From a virus, in IMG/VR virus record IMGVR_UViG_3300048905_000037, positions 1 to 42,722 of that record: a DNA stretch of 42,722 nucleotides; one strand, given 5' to 3'. The notes under the pieces are model-generated. The model saw nothing but the letters and a program-made list of their open reading frames with translations, made no database searches and was not told where the DNA came from. The translations under genes were made by a program, and so were the position numbers. This document shows positions 1 through 8,752 of this stretch, one piece after another; positions within the stretch are counted from its first letter, which is position 1; the number at the start of each line of letters is the position of its first letter.

Positions 1-123
1 CGAAATGAAATATGAATTTTGTAGACGGATTTCTGTAAAAATCACAGATCGCCTTTAGGTACGGGAGCGCTTTTCGAAGAACCTGCTTACATCTGAAACG
101 TTTGGACTCAACCATATTTTCAT
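1..123. repeat. Terminal direct repeat, copy 1 (identical to 42600-42722); candidate att core or circular-assembly overlap
   Basis: Compared base by base: 1-123 equals 42600-42722 with no mismatch. It is AT-rich relative to the rest of the window. Confidence 0.9.
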
Positions 124-237
124 AGGTAAATCAGGTACTTATATACAAAATTGGGGTGGCTTCATACCAACAGTTCGCGACTGTATGAGTTCAATGTAAA
201 CAAACACTTAGCGCTGTATATTAAACGACCGAAGTGT

Positions 238-570
238 CTATCTCGGCATTACCAGCACCGACCACTCCTGAATGTATTCCGGGCCCTTATCGCCCTGCGG
301 CCGCTCGACACCCCACAGCATCATCTTCCCGTTCTGCAGGCCCATCAGCCGGACATCGCACAGGATCGGGATCAGCGGCTCACTGACGTGGTCATTCAGG
401 TTGCGCAGCGCAATGACGCGCTCCAGGTCCCACTGCTGGCCGGACATTACAAGAATGCCCTCGACGGGCTGCTGGTTGGCGATTTCCTGATCGGAGAGGC
501 GCTGGCCTCGGTTGCGCAGCCGTTTCACTTTTGCATACATGGGCCGAGTATAACCGTTGAGATAACGCAA
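238..570 (-). CDS. Hypothetical protein, att-proximal (start uncertain: TTG at 570 or ATG at 540)
   Basis: 110-codon ORF with ordinary amino-acid composition on the same strand as the lysis genes. The opposite-strand ORF 151-825 looks like a high-GC shadow. No family recognised. Confidence 0.45.
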   Translation of the reverse strand: MRYLNGYTRPMYAKVKRLRNRGQRLSDQEIANQQPVEGILVMSGQQWDLERVIALRNLNDHVSEPLIPILCDVRLMGLQNGKMMLWGVERPQGDKGPEYIQEWSVLVMPR

Positions 571-727
571 GCTCTATATCGGCGCCACCGGCACACTGGC
601 GCGATGCCCACTGACCGCCCAAACTCCCGCCTTGCCGCTGACGTCGATATGGCCCTGCTTCTGGTCGAGCGCGCCGGGGTACGTCTGGCCGCCCAATTCC
701 TGGCGCGGCGAGGCGCCGGCTTTGCGC

Positions 728-1054
728 TCACCTGCCGGGTGCTGGCCGAGCCGGCGCGGCGGCGGGCGGCGTCAGCACCTGACTGCGAGGAGCGCACCCG
801 GCCTGCGCCGCTTCGAGACCGGTAGCGTATTGCTCCCAGGCGTTGGCGTCGGCCAGGGCAGCCTGCGCTGCGGCCTTGTCTCCCGGCCACTCGCCCTTGC
901 CGTAACGCGAGACCGGGCGCGCTGGGACGTCGCCGAGGCAGCCGACAGCCACCGGCACATCAGCGGGCGGCGGGGCCTGTGGCGCGCTCGCGCAGCCGGC
1001 CAGCAGAAGGGCCGCCAACACGGAAACTTGACCAATTCGGCAAGTTCGCATCAT
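728..1054 (-). CDS. Outer-membrane spanin subunit (o-spanin, Rz1-like lipoprotein)
   Basis: ATG at 1054 overlaps the i-spanin stop (ATGA). The N-terminus MMRTCRIGQVSVLAALLLAGCAS has a signal peptide plus lipobox LAGC. The mature part is Pro-rich, and the gene sits last in the lysis cassette. Confidence 0.7.
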   Translation of the reverse strand: MMRTCRIGQVSVLAALLLAGCASAPQAPPPADVPVAVGCLGDVPARPVSRYGKGEWPGDKAAAQAALADANAWEQYATGLEAAQAGCAPRSQVLTPPAAAPARPAPGR

Positions 1055-1422
1055 TTCCAAGCTCCCCAGGATTCGCGCAGCACGCCGGCGCAATCCGTCG
1101 CCTGGCTGGCTTCGACGGCGGCGCCGCGCGCGCGCATGCCGTCGACCGCCTGCGCCGCCATCCGCTCGGCAAGCCGGCCCCGGTCCTCGGCCGCCTTCGT
1201 CGCGTCACCCGCGCGCAGGATGGCGACGTTCTGTTGGTCGATCCCTGCGCGCAGCTCGCGGATGGTTGTGTCGCGTGCTGCCAGATCGACCGCGTGCGGG
1301 CCGCGCAGGCGCCAGCCGTTCACCACCCAGCCAGCGGCGCCGGCCAGCGCGAGCAGCACCACCAGCATGGTCAGCGCCGCCAGCGCGCGCAGCTTCGTCA
1401 GCTCCAGCGATACCGGATTCAT
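1051..1422 (-). CDS. Inner-membrane spanin subunit (i-spanin, Rz-like)
   Basis: ATG at 1422 overlaps the endolysin stop. An N-terminal TM helix (LRALAALTMLVVLLALAGAAGWVV) is followed by a charged periplasmic domain. It lies between the endolysin and the lipoprotein. Confidence 0.7.
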   Translation of the reverse strand: MNPVSLELTKLRALAALTMLVVLLALAGAAGWVVNGWRLRGPHAVDLAARDTTIRELRAGIDQQNVAILRAGDATKAAEDRGRLAERMAAQAVDGMRARGAAVEASQATDCAGVLRESWGAWK

Positions 1423-1874
1423 GGGTGCACCTGGTCGTAGAACTGCAGGTTCCGGCCGCGCATGATCGCGATAAGCTTGTTCGCGTATTCCGGGTCGGTG
1501 GCATAGCCGGCCGCCTGCAGCTCGCGCGCCCAGCCAACGCCGTCGGTCTGTTTGAAGCACTTCGCGTAGCGCGGCTGCTTCAGCAGGAACTGCGCGCGAT
1601 CCAGCATGCAGGCCAGCCAGCTGTCGTAGCGCCTGAACCTGTCGACCAGCTTCACGTCCTTGCCGCCCAGGTGCTCGGTGGTGCGGAAGCTGATCGTCGG
1701 GCCCTTCCAGCTACTGTCCGCCTTGATGCCGAAGAGGTTGTTCCCAGCAGCGTCCTTTCCCCAGCCGGATTCGAGAGCAGCCTGCGCCAGCGTGATAGAG
1801 GCCGGAATCCCGGTCTTGCGCTGGCAGTCCTGGGCGGCCTGGGCCAGCATGCCGAGGAAAGCGCTCGGGGGCAT
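1419..1874 (-). CDS. Endolysin, glucosaminidase (FlgJ/GH73-like) domain
   Basis: Motifs ITLAQAALESGWG, NNLFGIK and YATDPEYANKL are typical of the mannosyl-glycoprotein endo-beta-N-acetylglucosaminidase domain. ATG at 1874 overlaps the holin stop (TGATG); GTG at 1877 is the alternative start. Confidence 0.8.
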   Translation of the reverse strand: MPPSAFLGMLAQAAQDCQRKTGIPASITLAQAALESGWGKDAAGNNLFGIKADSSWKGPTISFRTTEHLGGKDVKLVDRFRRYDSWLACMLDRAQFLLKQPRYAKCFKQTDGVGWARELQAAGYATDPEYANKLIAIMRGRNLQFYDQVHP

Positions 1875-2269
1875 CACACCACCTCCTTCACATCCTTGAT
1901 AATTTCGGCCAGGTCGGCGTCCTTCTTCTTGTCCAGGTACTTGAACAGCGCGCGCACCAGCGCCCAGCCAGGCAGGCCGCAGGCAAACGCGAACATCAGC
2001 ATGGCGATCATGCCGAAGGGGTCTTCAACCCAGTGCTGGAAGCCAAGCCAGCGCACCAGCGCCGAGCCGCCGCCGATGGAACTCACCAGCGTGCAGACGA
2101 GGGCAACGCGCCATTCCGCGTCAGACTTGGGCTTGGTCAGGCTCATGACCACGAAGGCGGCCAGACCGGCGCCGATCGCGCCCATGCCGGCCAGGCCGCC
2201 GATCAGCTTCCAGGCCACGCCGCCGCCGGCAACGGTGGAAATAGGTTCGCTCATGTTTTGGACTTTCAT
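1874..2269 (-). CDS. Holin (three TM segments, possible dual start)
   Basis: 131 aa with three hydrophobic helices and a Lys/Asp/Glu-rich C-tail, directly upstream of the endolysin. There are two in-frame starts, MKVQNM (2269 and 2254). Confidence 0.7.
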   Translation of the reverse strand: MKVQNMSEPISTVAGGGVAWKLIGGLAGMGAIGAGLAAFVVMSLTKPKSDAEWRVALVCTLVSSIGGGSALVRWLGFQHWVEDPFGMIAMLMFAFACGLPGWALVRALFKYLDKKKDADLAEIIKDVKEVV

Positions 2270-2293
2270 AGTTGAAGTAGTGTGGTTGCGTAA

Positions 2294-4276
2294 TCAGGCA
2301 TAACGGTTGCAGGTGACGGTTGCGCGCCATGCCCCGCCATACCCCAGCAACAGCGCGTTATTGGCGAGAACTTCGAGAACGCCGTTATTCAGGCGCACAT
2401 CTTCGGTGCCAGCCACGGTCTTGGTCTGGTAGGTGTTCGTGTTGCTTGCGCGGCTGTAGGTGAACTTGGCCATAGGAACGGGGTTCCGATCGCCTTGGCC
2501 CATGACGAAGGTGACGTCAGCGATGCCCAGCGTGCCGATGTATTGCGTCAGGTCGATCAGCGGCTGGTATACGCCGCTCGCCGCCGCGATCTGGCCTTCC
2601 GCGGCGACCACGGCGGCATCGCCCACGGTGATGATCGAGTTAGTCGGCGACTCTGGCCAGTCGAGGGTGTAAGTTGCCTGCGTCACCGGGATGTTCGAAC
2701 GGCTCGTGCTCGAATAGCGGTTGCTGATGATCGCGATATCGGCCGGCGCAGTCACGTTGGCTTCCTTGTGGATGCCTGAATACCCGAAGCCTGCGGTATT
2801 CGTGCTGTCGATCCCGTTCCCCACGACCGTGATCTTCTCTGCTTTGCCCGTAGCTGGAGCGCTCAGCCGGATACCGGCCGCCGTGCATGCGCGCAGGCCA
2901 TTGGCACTGATCGTCAGCGGGCCGCGCTGGTCCACCAGTGAAATCGCGTCGGACACCTTTGTGATCGTGTTGGCGCCGATAGTGTTCACACCATAGTTGC
3001 CGCGCGGGCCAATGCCAGCCAGTATGCCGATCCCGGTGTTAGAGATCGCATTTCCCGAGACCGTGCAGCCGCGCGTGTAGGCGCTGTTGAGCAGAAACAG
3101 GTCAGCATCTGCTGCGTTCAAAGCTGCAGTGGTCGTATCGCCAGCCTCGTTGCCTTCCAGCGAGATGCCTGCGGAGGTGAAAAGCACGGTGCCGTCGTAA
3201 GCAATATCGCGAATCGTGTTGTCGCAGGCCGTGCTGTTGGACGAGCCGACTAGGGCGACGCCGATACCGAAGCCGCCCGAAACCGTGTTGTTGTTCGCCC
3301 GGTTGCCGTTACCACGCTGGAAGCAAATGGCGCGGCCTGCCTTCGTGGCCAGGACATGGTTGCCGCATGCCGAGCTGTTGTTGGTGTTGAAAATGTAGAT
3401 CGTGTTGTCACCGCCACGGCGCATCACGTTGTCGTCGACCCGATGGTTATCGCCGCCGGCGATGCAAAGTAGGGTGCCGTTGAAGTCGATATCGCAGTCG
3501 AGGACCGTGAACTGGTTGCAGTTGTAGGCGACGATGCCGAAGCCCCAATATGCAGCCGGCACCGCCGTCCCCGCCGGGCGATTGATCGATGCCGTTCCGG
3601 CACCAGTGCATCCGGCCTTCATGCCGAGCAGCTTGATATTGTTGCAGGTGTCGAACATCAGCAGGTTGTTCGATTCCCACGTGATCTGCGCGCCGCTGAA
3701 GTCGAAGGTGACATTGTCGACGCCGGTCATATACACATTCTGCGCCAGGCGGAATTTGCCCTTCACGCGAACGTAGCTGTTTGCCGGCGTGGCATTCAGC
3801 ATCTTCTGGAAGGCGGCTGTGTCGTCGGTGGTGCCTTCCGCCACGGCGCCGAACTGCTGCGGCTTGATCGTGTCGCGCAGCTCGTCTTGAATCGTGCGCT
3901 TGATCGCGCCAACGCCTGCCTGGATGAAGCCGACGAGAGCAGATCCGGCAGCTTTGAACAGCCCGCCCACCACCGCCGCAATGCTGAACTCGTCCGACGT
4001 GCGAGCGTAGAAGACTTGGCGCTTCTTCGAGTCCTGAACCAATTCAGAATAGGCGCCGTCGAAGAACACGTTCGCCGGCGTGCCCGCGCGCAGGATGTAG
4101 CCGTTCATGGTGCGCAACGGCTGGGCGGCAGGGATGGTGCCGGCAGCGTCCCAGTACACTTCAACTTGCGCAGTGATCGGATTTTGGTTCGGCTGGCCGA
4201 AGTACACGTAGCCGTTGTCCAGCGGCTTGCCGTCGAGGCCGGTGTAGACTTTGAAGGGTTGTTCGACTGGGAGCAT
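2294..4276 (-). CDS. Tailspike with P22-type N-terminal head-binding region and right-handed beta-helix (pectate-lyase-like) body; probable polysaccharide depolymerase
   Basis: The N-terminus (DNGYVYFGQPNQNPITAQVEVYWDAAG...QPLRTMNGYI) resembles the P22 gp9 head-binding segment. QQFGAVAEGTTDDTAAFQKML is a pectate-lyase-3-type start. Repetitive N/G-rich beta-helix rungs follow. SD GAGGA lies upstream. Confidence 0.8.
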   Translation of the reverse strand: MLPVEQPFKVYTGLDGKPLDNGYVYFGQPNQNPITAQVEVYWDAAGTIPAAQPLRTMNGYILRAGTPANVFFDGAYSELVQDSKKRQVFYARTSDEFSIAAVVGGLFKAAGSALVGFIQAGVGAIKRTIQDELRDTIKPQQFGAVAEGTTDDTAAFQKMLNATPANSYVRVKGKFRLAQNVYMTGVDNVTFDFSGAQITWESNNLLMFDTCNNIKLLGMKAGCTGAGTASINRPAGTAVPAAYWGFGIVAYNCNQFTVLDCDIDFNGTLLCIAGGDNHRVDDNVMRRGGDNTIYIFNTNNSSACGNHVLATKAGRAICFQRGNGNRANNNTVSGGFGIGVALVGSSNSTACDNTIRDIAYDGTVLFTSAGISLEGNEAGDTTTAALNAADADLFLLNSAYTRGCTVSGNAISNTGIGILAGIGPRGNYGVNTIGANTITKVSDAISLVDQRGPLTISANGLRACTAAGIRLSAPATGKAEKITVVGNGIDSTNTAGFGYSGIHKEANVTAPADIAIISNRYSSTSRSNIPVTQATYTLDWPESPTNSIITVGDAAVVAAEGQIAAASGVYQPLIDLTQYIGTLGIADVTFVMGQGDRNPVPMAKFTYSRASNTNTYQTKTVAGTEDVRLNNGVLEVLANNALLLGYGGAWRATVTCNRYA

Positions 4277-4286
4277 GGTTCCTCGA

Positions 4287-6269
4287 TCAGTGCAGGGTTG
4301 CGCCGGCCGGGCGGGCCGCTGGCGGGGTTCGGGGTTGAGTAGTGGCGTGCGCGCGGGTCAGCGCCTGCTCGATGCGACGCTGCAGCTGACGATTCTTGAC
4401 CTGCTTGGAGAGCACGCGCAGGGTGGACAGCACCGGGACTGGGAGGCCGGTCATGGAGCCGGTAACGCCGGCTTCAGCGAATGCCGCGAGCAGCACGCTT
4501 GCCGTGTTCGAGGTGTTCACAGATCCGGGCGGTGTGGTGTAGATCACTTTCGCCAGGTCGTTGAGGTCGCGCAGGTGCTGCGCGCCTTGCTTGCCGAAGA
4601 GGGTCTGTAGGCGGCCATCGGAGTCGAGACGCTTGATTGCGCGGTCCAGCTTCGGCACGGACAGGATCACGTTGCCGCGCTGGTCGGTCGCAGTATTCGC
4701 GAACGCCTGCTCCTTGATCCAGTTCATCGTCTCGCCCTGCAGGTCTTTCCAGGCCTGCTGGCCCAGGTCGCGAATCTCGGCCGGTGCATCCACGCCGTGC
4801 GTGAGCGCGCGGCGCACAGCCGACACGTCCTCTCGGCTGGCGTTCAGGATGGAGTGCTCGAACACGTCTGCAATCGCCACCTTGCGGTCGGCCATGCCGC
4901 GCTTGTTGTTCAGCAGGGAGGCGACGACGCCGCGGTCCTCATATTTCTTGGCCAGGTTCTCGCGTAGCCGGCGCGCCTGGCGGTACAGTGGACCGATTGC
5001 TGGCTCGGTCGCGCTGTCAATCGCGCCCTTCAGGATGGCCGAGTTTCGGATATTGGTCGGCTCGTAGTCGGTCGCGTTGCCGATCGCGCGGCGCAGCAAC
5101 TCAGCATTCTTTACCGTGGTCGGCTGGGCCACCAGGTTGCCATCGGCGTCTTCGATCGCGGCGCCCAAGCGGATGGCACGCTGTCGAGCGGCGCCCAGCA
5201 ATGGCGACACGGCGGCGTCCGGCGCGCTCTCGTTCAGGAAGTCAATCGCGGCGTCAAGCGTAACCGGCGCCGCGCCCTCGGCGGACTTCTCGGCCTGCTT
5301 GTAGGCGACGCGCACGCGGCCCTTGTCGTAGTCGAGGCCGGCGCGCAGGCTGGTGTCGACCGAGCGTCCGGTGCCGGCCAGGTCCGGTGTTTCCTTGCCT
5401 GTCTGGTCGATCAGGTTGTCGAAATGCTTAAGTACCTGCTCGTTCTGGTCCGAGTAACGATCACGTAGTTTGACGCCGTTCTCACCCTTGGCCGTCTCCT
5501 GCTCGAAGCGTAGTTGCTGCTGGTCGCGAGTGGCCTGGCCGAGGGTGAGGTCAATACCGACTTGGTCGGCGACCTGTTGTCGCTGGGTGGCCATGTCAGT
5601 GCCGGCTGCGCCGACGCTGCCGCGCGTGCCGGGCGTCGAGGTCGAATCAGGGTTGCGGCTCAGGGTGCGCTGCACGCGCTCAGCAATCGCCGGCGCTGCG
5701 GTACGGATGCGAGCGATGCCGGCCTGCGCCGCAGTGCCGCCGATGTCGCGCGCCGCTGCGGTTACGCTGCGCGCCGCCTGCGCAGCAGTTCCCATTTCGG
5801 CCGTCAGTGCAGTTGCTGGAAGAGCCGCCGCCAGAGCTTCGCCAGCGGCAGCAGCCTGCTCTTGACCGGACTCGGTGCGCGGCTGGTAGGTAAGGGCCGA
5901 TGCCGCGTCGCCGGCGGCCTGCTCGACCTGGCGTACGCCGGCTTGCGTGCCGAACGTGCCGTCCATGACTGCGCCGGCCAGCCCCTTTACCGTGCCTCCG
6001 AGTGCGCCGATTGCGCCGCCAGTGGCCCCGGTTGCGAGCGCCAGGGCAGCTTCGCCAGTGCCGATTGCTTTGTCGGCCAGCGAGCGGGGTGGGGCCGGGG
6101 TAGGTACAGCGGGCGCAGGGCCGGAGCCAACGTCTCGCGGCACAGCGTCGCCGGCGCGGCTCGTCCTAATCTGGTTCACGCGCTGGCGGAGCGAGTCGGA
6201 GTTCGGGTCAACGTCGTCCGGGATGTTCTGGACGGTGATGCCATCCTTGGTCGTGATCGAGTAGGGCAT
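4287..6269 (-). CDS. Internal virion / DNA-ejection protein (P22 gp16 position)
   Basis: 660-aa Ala/Gly/Gln-rich protein in the gene slot just before the tailspike. The start overlaps the upstream stop. Assigned by synteny only. Confidence 0.5.
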   Translation of the reverse strand: MPYSITTKDGITVQNIPDDVDPNSDSLRQRVNQIRTSRAGDAVPRDVGSGPAPAVPTPAPPRSLADKAIGTGEAALALATGATGGAIGALGGTVKGLAGAVMDGTFGTQAGVRQVEQAAGDAASALTYQPRTESGQEQAAAAGEALAAALPATALTAEMGTAAQAARSVTAAARDIGGTAAQAGIARIRTAAPAIAERVQRTLSRNPDSTSTPGTRGSVGAAGTDMATQRQQVADQVGIDLTLGQATRDQQQLRFEQETAKGENGVKLRDRYSDQNEQVLKHFDNLIDQTGKETPDLAGTGRSVDTSLRAGLDYDKGRVRVAYKQAEKSAEGAAPVTLDAAIDFLNESAPDAAVSPLLGAARQRAIRLGAAIEDADGNLVAQPTTVKNAELLRRAIGNATDYEPTNIRNSAILKGAIDSATEPAIGPLYRQARRLRENLAKKYEDRGVVASLLNNKRGMADRKVAIADVFEHSILNASREDVSAVRRALTHGVDAPAEIRDLGQQAWKDLQGETMNWIKEQAFANTATDQRGNVILSVPKLDRAIKRLDSDGRLQTLFGKQGAQHLRDLNDLAKVIYTTPPGSVNTSNTASVLLAAFAEAGVTGSMTGLPVPVLSTLRVLSKQVKNRQLQRRIEQALTRAHATTQPRTPPAARPAGATLH

Positions 6270-7525
6270 CAGTAGTCCACCACCACGTTTCGCGGCTGAA
6301 TGGCCGGGTCTTCCTTGGTGGCCGGGACGCCGAATTTCTTCCGCAACTGCTCCTCACGGCGAGCGGTGATGTCCCGAACCTTGCCCAGCACTTTTCTGAA
6401 CTCGCCTTCATCCTGATAGCGGTCCAGGTTCGCCGCGATGCTCTTGACGAACATGATGTCCTTGTCGGAGGTCGGACCCTTCAGTTTGTCGAGGTTGAGA
6501 GCGCCGAGCATGTTGCTGAGCTGCTCGATCTTGCCAGCGACCGCGCGGTTCTTCGTGCCGGGGATAGAGCCTTTCCAGGCGGAGGTGCCGGTTACAGCCG
6601 CCAGAGAATCTGGATCGCTGAAGATCTCGTCGATCAGCCCGGTGACGCTCTTGGCGGCGTCGATTTGGGTTTGCGCTTCGTCGGCACGCTCGCGCACCTT
6701 GTTATCGAGGTTGGTTTGCGCCTCCTTGATCTTCAGGCCAAGTTCTTGCCGTTTCAGGTCGTTGTCTGCCCTGGACAGCGCAACTTTCATCGTCTCGATC
6801 CGCGCCTGCTGCTTCTTGTAGTCGATGTCGGACTGCAGCGCCTTGATGTCCCAGCCGCGCTTTTCGATCTCACCCAGGGCGTTCTGGTCGGCGTATTTGG
6901 CAATCACTCCTTTAGTGGTGGCATCAGCTTCGGCGGCATTGGCGTCGGCGGCTGCTTTGCGCTCCATGTCCGGCGCGGTCTTCTGCTTGCGCAGTTCATC
7001 GCCGATCCGCCCGTAGTTCTCCGCGAATTTCTCCGGATCCTGGGTGAATGCCGCCCACTTGAGCAGCTCGCCGCGAACAGCGTCTGGATGAGTGTCAATT
7101 GCGCCCAGGATTTGCTTTTCGTGCGTGGATTCCATCCCGCTGTTATCCAGTGCCGCAATGCGATTCTGAAGCAGGTCCTTGGCTGCTGCGGTGTTGCCGC
7201 TTTCGAGGGCAAATCCAACCTGTAACGCAGCTTCGCCCTGTGATTTGCGTAACGCCGCATCCTGCTGATCCCAGGCTTGCTTCGCAGCTTCGCGCTGCTT
7301 CGGCCATTTCAGAGCAAGCGCAGCCGCGGCTTGTGCACTTGGCCGGGCGTTGAATGCGGCAACATCGGCCTGATACTGCGCTTCCTGTTGCTGCGCGATC
7401 TGCTGTGCTTGCTGTTGTTGTTGCGCCTGCCGATATGCGTCGCCCAGTTGCAAGCCACCTTGAATGTCGCGCAGGAAGTCCTGCTGCGGGACCATGGCCA
7501 GATAGTTGATCGGTTCGAATGCCAT
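6269..7525 (-). CDS. Internal virion / DNA-ejection protein (P22 gp20 position)
   Basis: 418 aa with a poly-Gln/coiled-coil-rich sequence. It is translationally coupled on both sides. Assigned by synteny only. Confidence 0.5.
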   Translation of the reverse strand: MAFEPINYLAMVPQQDFLRDIQGGLQLGDAYRQAQQQQQAQQIAQQQEAQYQADVAAFNARPSAQAAAALALKWPKQREAAKQAWDQQDAALRKSQGEAALQVGFALESGNTAAAKDLLQNRIAALDNSGMESTHEKQILGAIDTHPDAVRGELLKWAAFTQDPEKFAENYGRIGDELRKQKTAPDMERKAAADANAAEADATTKGVIAKYADQNALGEIEKRGWDIKALQSDIDYKKQQARIETMKVALSRADNDLKRQELGLKIKEAQTNLDNKVRERADEAQTQIDAAKSVTGLIDEIFSDPDSLAAVTGTSAWKGSIPGTKNRAVAGKIEQLSNMLGALNLDKLKGPTSDKDIMFVKSIAANLDRYQDEGEFRKVLGKVRDITARREEQLRKKFGVPATKEDPAIQPRNVVVDY

Positions 7526-8163
7526 CAGAATTTACCTCCACCTGCACCGCCGCCTGAGGCTCCGGCGATAGCGCTGCCAATCTTGAGTAGGTCTGCGAAG
7601 CCTTGGCGAGCCACGCTACCGTCCGCAATCTGGCCGCCGGCGATGGCTGCGCCCTGTTGTTGGAACAGGTCCGAAACGCGCCCTGCGGTGCTCAGGCCGG
7701 CCGCGCCTACGCCAGCCGCAGATGCTTGGCCAATCTGCGTGATGCCACCTAGGCGCGAGTACTGCTGCTCGATCAACTGCGCGAGGATGGCTGGGCTTAG
7801 TTCACCGAGCGCGCGTTGCGTGTTCCCGCCGCGCAGGCCTCCAGTAGCCGATGCGTTCGCCAGAATGGCGTCACTGCCTGCCTGCTGGAGCGTTTGGAAC
7901 TGCGGCGAGGACTGAATGCCACTGATTGCAGCTGCCTGCGCGTCGTTGCCGTTCAGGCCGAGCAAATCTTGCTGCCCGGTCAGTGCGCTGGTGCCGGCCA
8001 GGGTGTATGGCGCCAGACCCTTGGTAAACTGGTCGAGCGCGTCGCGTTGGAAGGCGATGCCTTTGTCTGCGCTCTGCGATTGCGTCTGCGCGGCGCTCTG
8101 TACGGCGTCTGCTTGGTCACGCGCGCCAGTGATATAGCCAATGGCTTTACCTATGAAACTCAC
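7525..8163 (-). CDS. Internal virion / DNA-ejection protein (P22 gp7 position)
   Basis: 212 aa, Ala/Gly/Gln-rich. The GTG start overlaps the GNAT stop (GTGA). Assigned by synteny only. Confidence 0.45.
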   Translation of the reverse strand: MSFIGKAIGYITGARDQADAVQSAAQTQSQSADKGIAFQRDALDQFTKGLAPYTLAGTSALTGQQDLLGLNGNDAQAAAISGIQSSPQFQTLQQAGSDAILANASATGGLRGGNTQRALGELSPAILAQLIEQQYSRLGGITQIGQASAAGVGAAGLSTAGRVSDLFQQQGAAIAGGQIADGSVARQGFADLLKIGSAIAGASGGGAGGGKF

Positions 8164-8624
8164 TTAGAAATCTCCCAGTCGTTGCGGGTCATGCCCAGGA
8201 TGTGGACGCCGAGCAGCTGACCGTTCTGGCGGCAGGCATTGCGACGCACGCCCTCGTAAAGAAAGCCGAGCTTCAGGCAGTAGTTGCGCGCGGCGTTCAG
8301 GCCCTCGATCACGTAGGCGGTTACGCGCTCGATCTGCGGATTGGCGAAGGCTTGCGCGAGGCACAGGCGGCCCAGCGCGCGGGAGTGCGGCAGCGCGCGG
8401 CGGGTCAACAGGGCATGCACGTCTACTTCGACGAAGCCGGACTCGATGACCATGAATGCGCCGACCAGTTCACCATCGACGCGCGCGCCCAGGTAGTGCA
8501 CGTTTGGATGATCGATGTGCGAAGCCGGCCTGTCGTCGTGGCCGACGCGGGCGATGTACGGATCGAGGAACAGCGGCGCGAGCGCGCCTTGGTCGGAGAG
8601 GGGCTGGAGCTCCAGCAGCGGCAT
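8160..8624 (-). CDS. GNAT-family N-acetyltransferase
   Basis: The C-terminal half (ERVTAYVIEGLNAARNYCLKLGFLYEGVRRNACRQNGQLLGVHILGMTRNDW) is a typical GNAT (RimJ/RimL-like) core. It has its own SD, GGGAGA, 5 nt upstream of the ATG. Confidence 0.75.
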   Translation of the reverse strand: MPLLELQPLSDQGALAPLFLDPYIARVGHDDRPASHIDHPNVHYLGARVDGELVGAFMVIESGFVEVDVHALLTRRALPHSRALGRLCLAQAFANPQIERVTAYVIEGLNAARNYCLKLGFLYEGVRRNACRQNGQLLGVHILGMTRNDWEISK

Positions 8625-8700
8625 GAAAATCTCCCGTCAGGGGTTCATGGCCGCTGGTAGCCTAAACTCAGCTATCGCCGGTGAATTGGCGAATGCATCG

Positions 8701-8730
8701 ATTATAGAAATGACCTATGGAAACTTGCAA
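8701..8730 (-). promoter_or_regulatory. Sigma70-like promoter motif TTGCAA-18 nt-TATAAT on the minus strand, in the gap upstream of the GNAT gene
   Basis: The minus strand reads cagTTGCAAgtttccataggtcatttcTATAATcg. It lies in a 128-nt AT-rich gap (8625-8752) that also holds a 7-bp inverted repeat, GGAAACT/AGTTTCC (8719-8747). Confidence 0.3.
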
Positions 8731-8752
8731 CTGATTACGTAGTTTCCTATCG

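Noticed and set aside
1-123. Interpreting the 123-bp terminal repeat as a true virion terminal redundancy (T7-like DTR).
   Set aside because: The structural and packaging module is P22-like, so headful packaging is expected. The repeat also lies at the int/att position, far from the terminase genes.
151-825. 224-aa plus-strand ORF spanning the att-proximal region.
   Set aside because: It is antisense to the 238-570 ORF and to the o-spanin 3' end. It has an Arg/Ala/Pro-rich tail, no SD, and runs against the direction of the surrounding operon.
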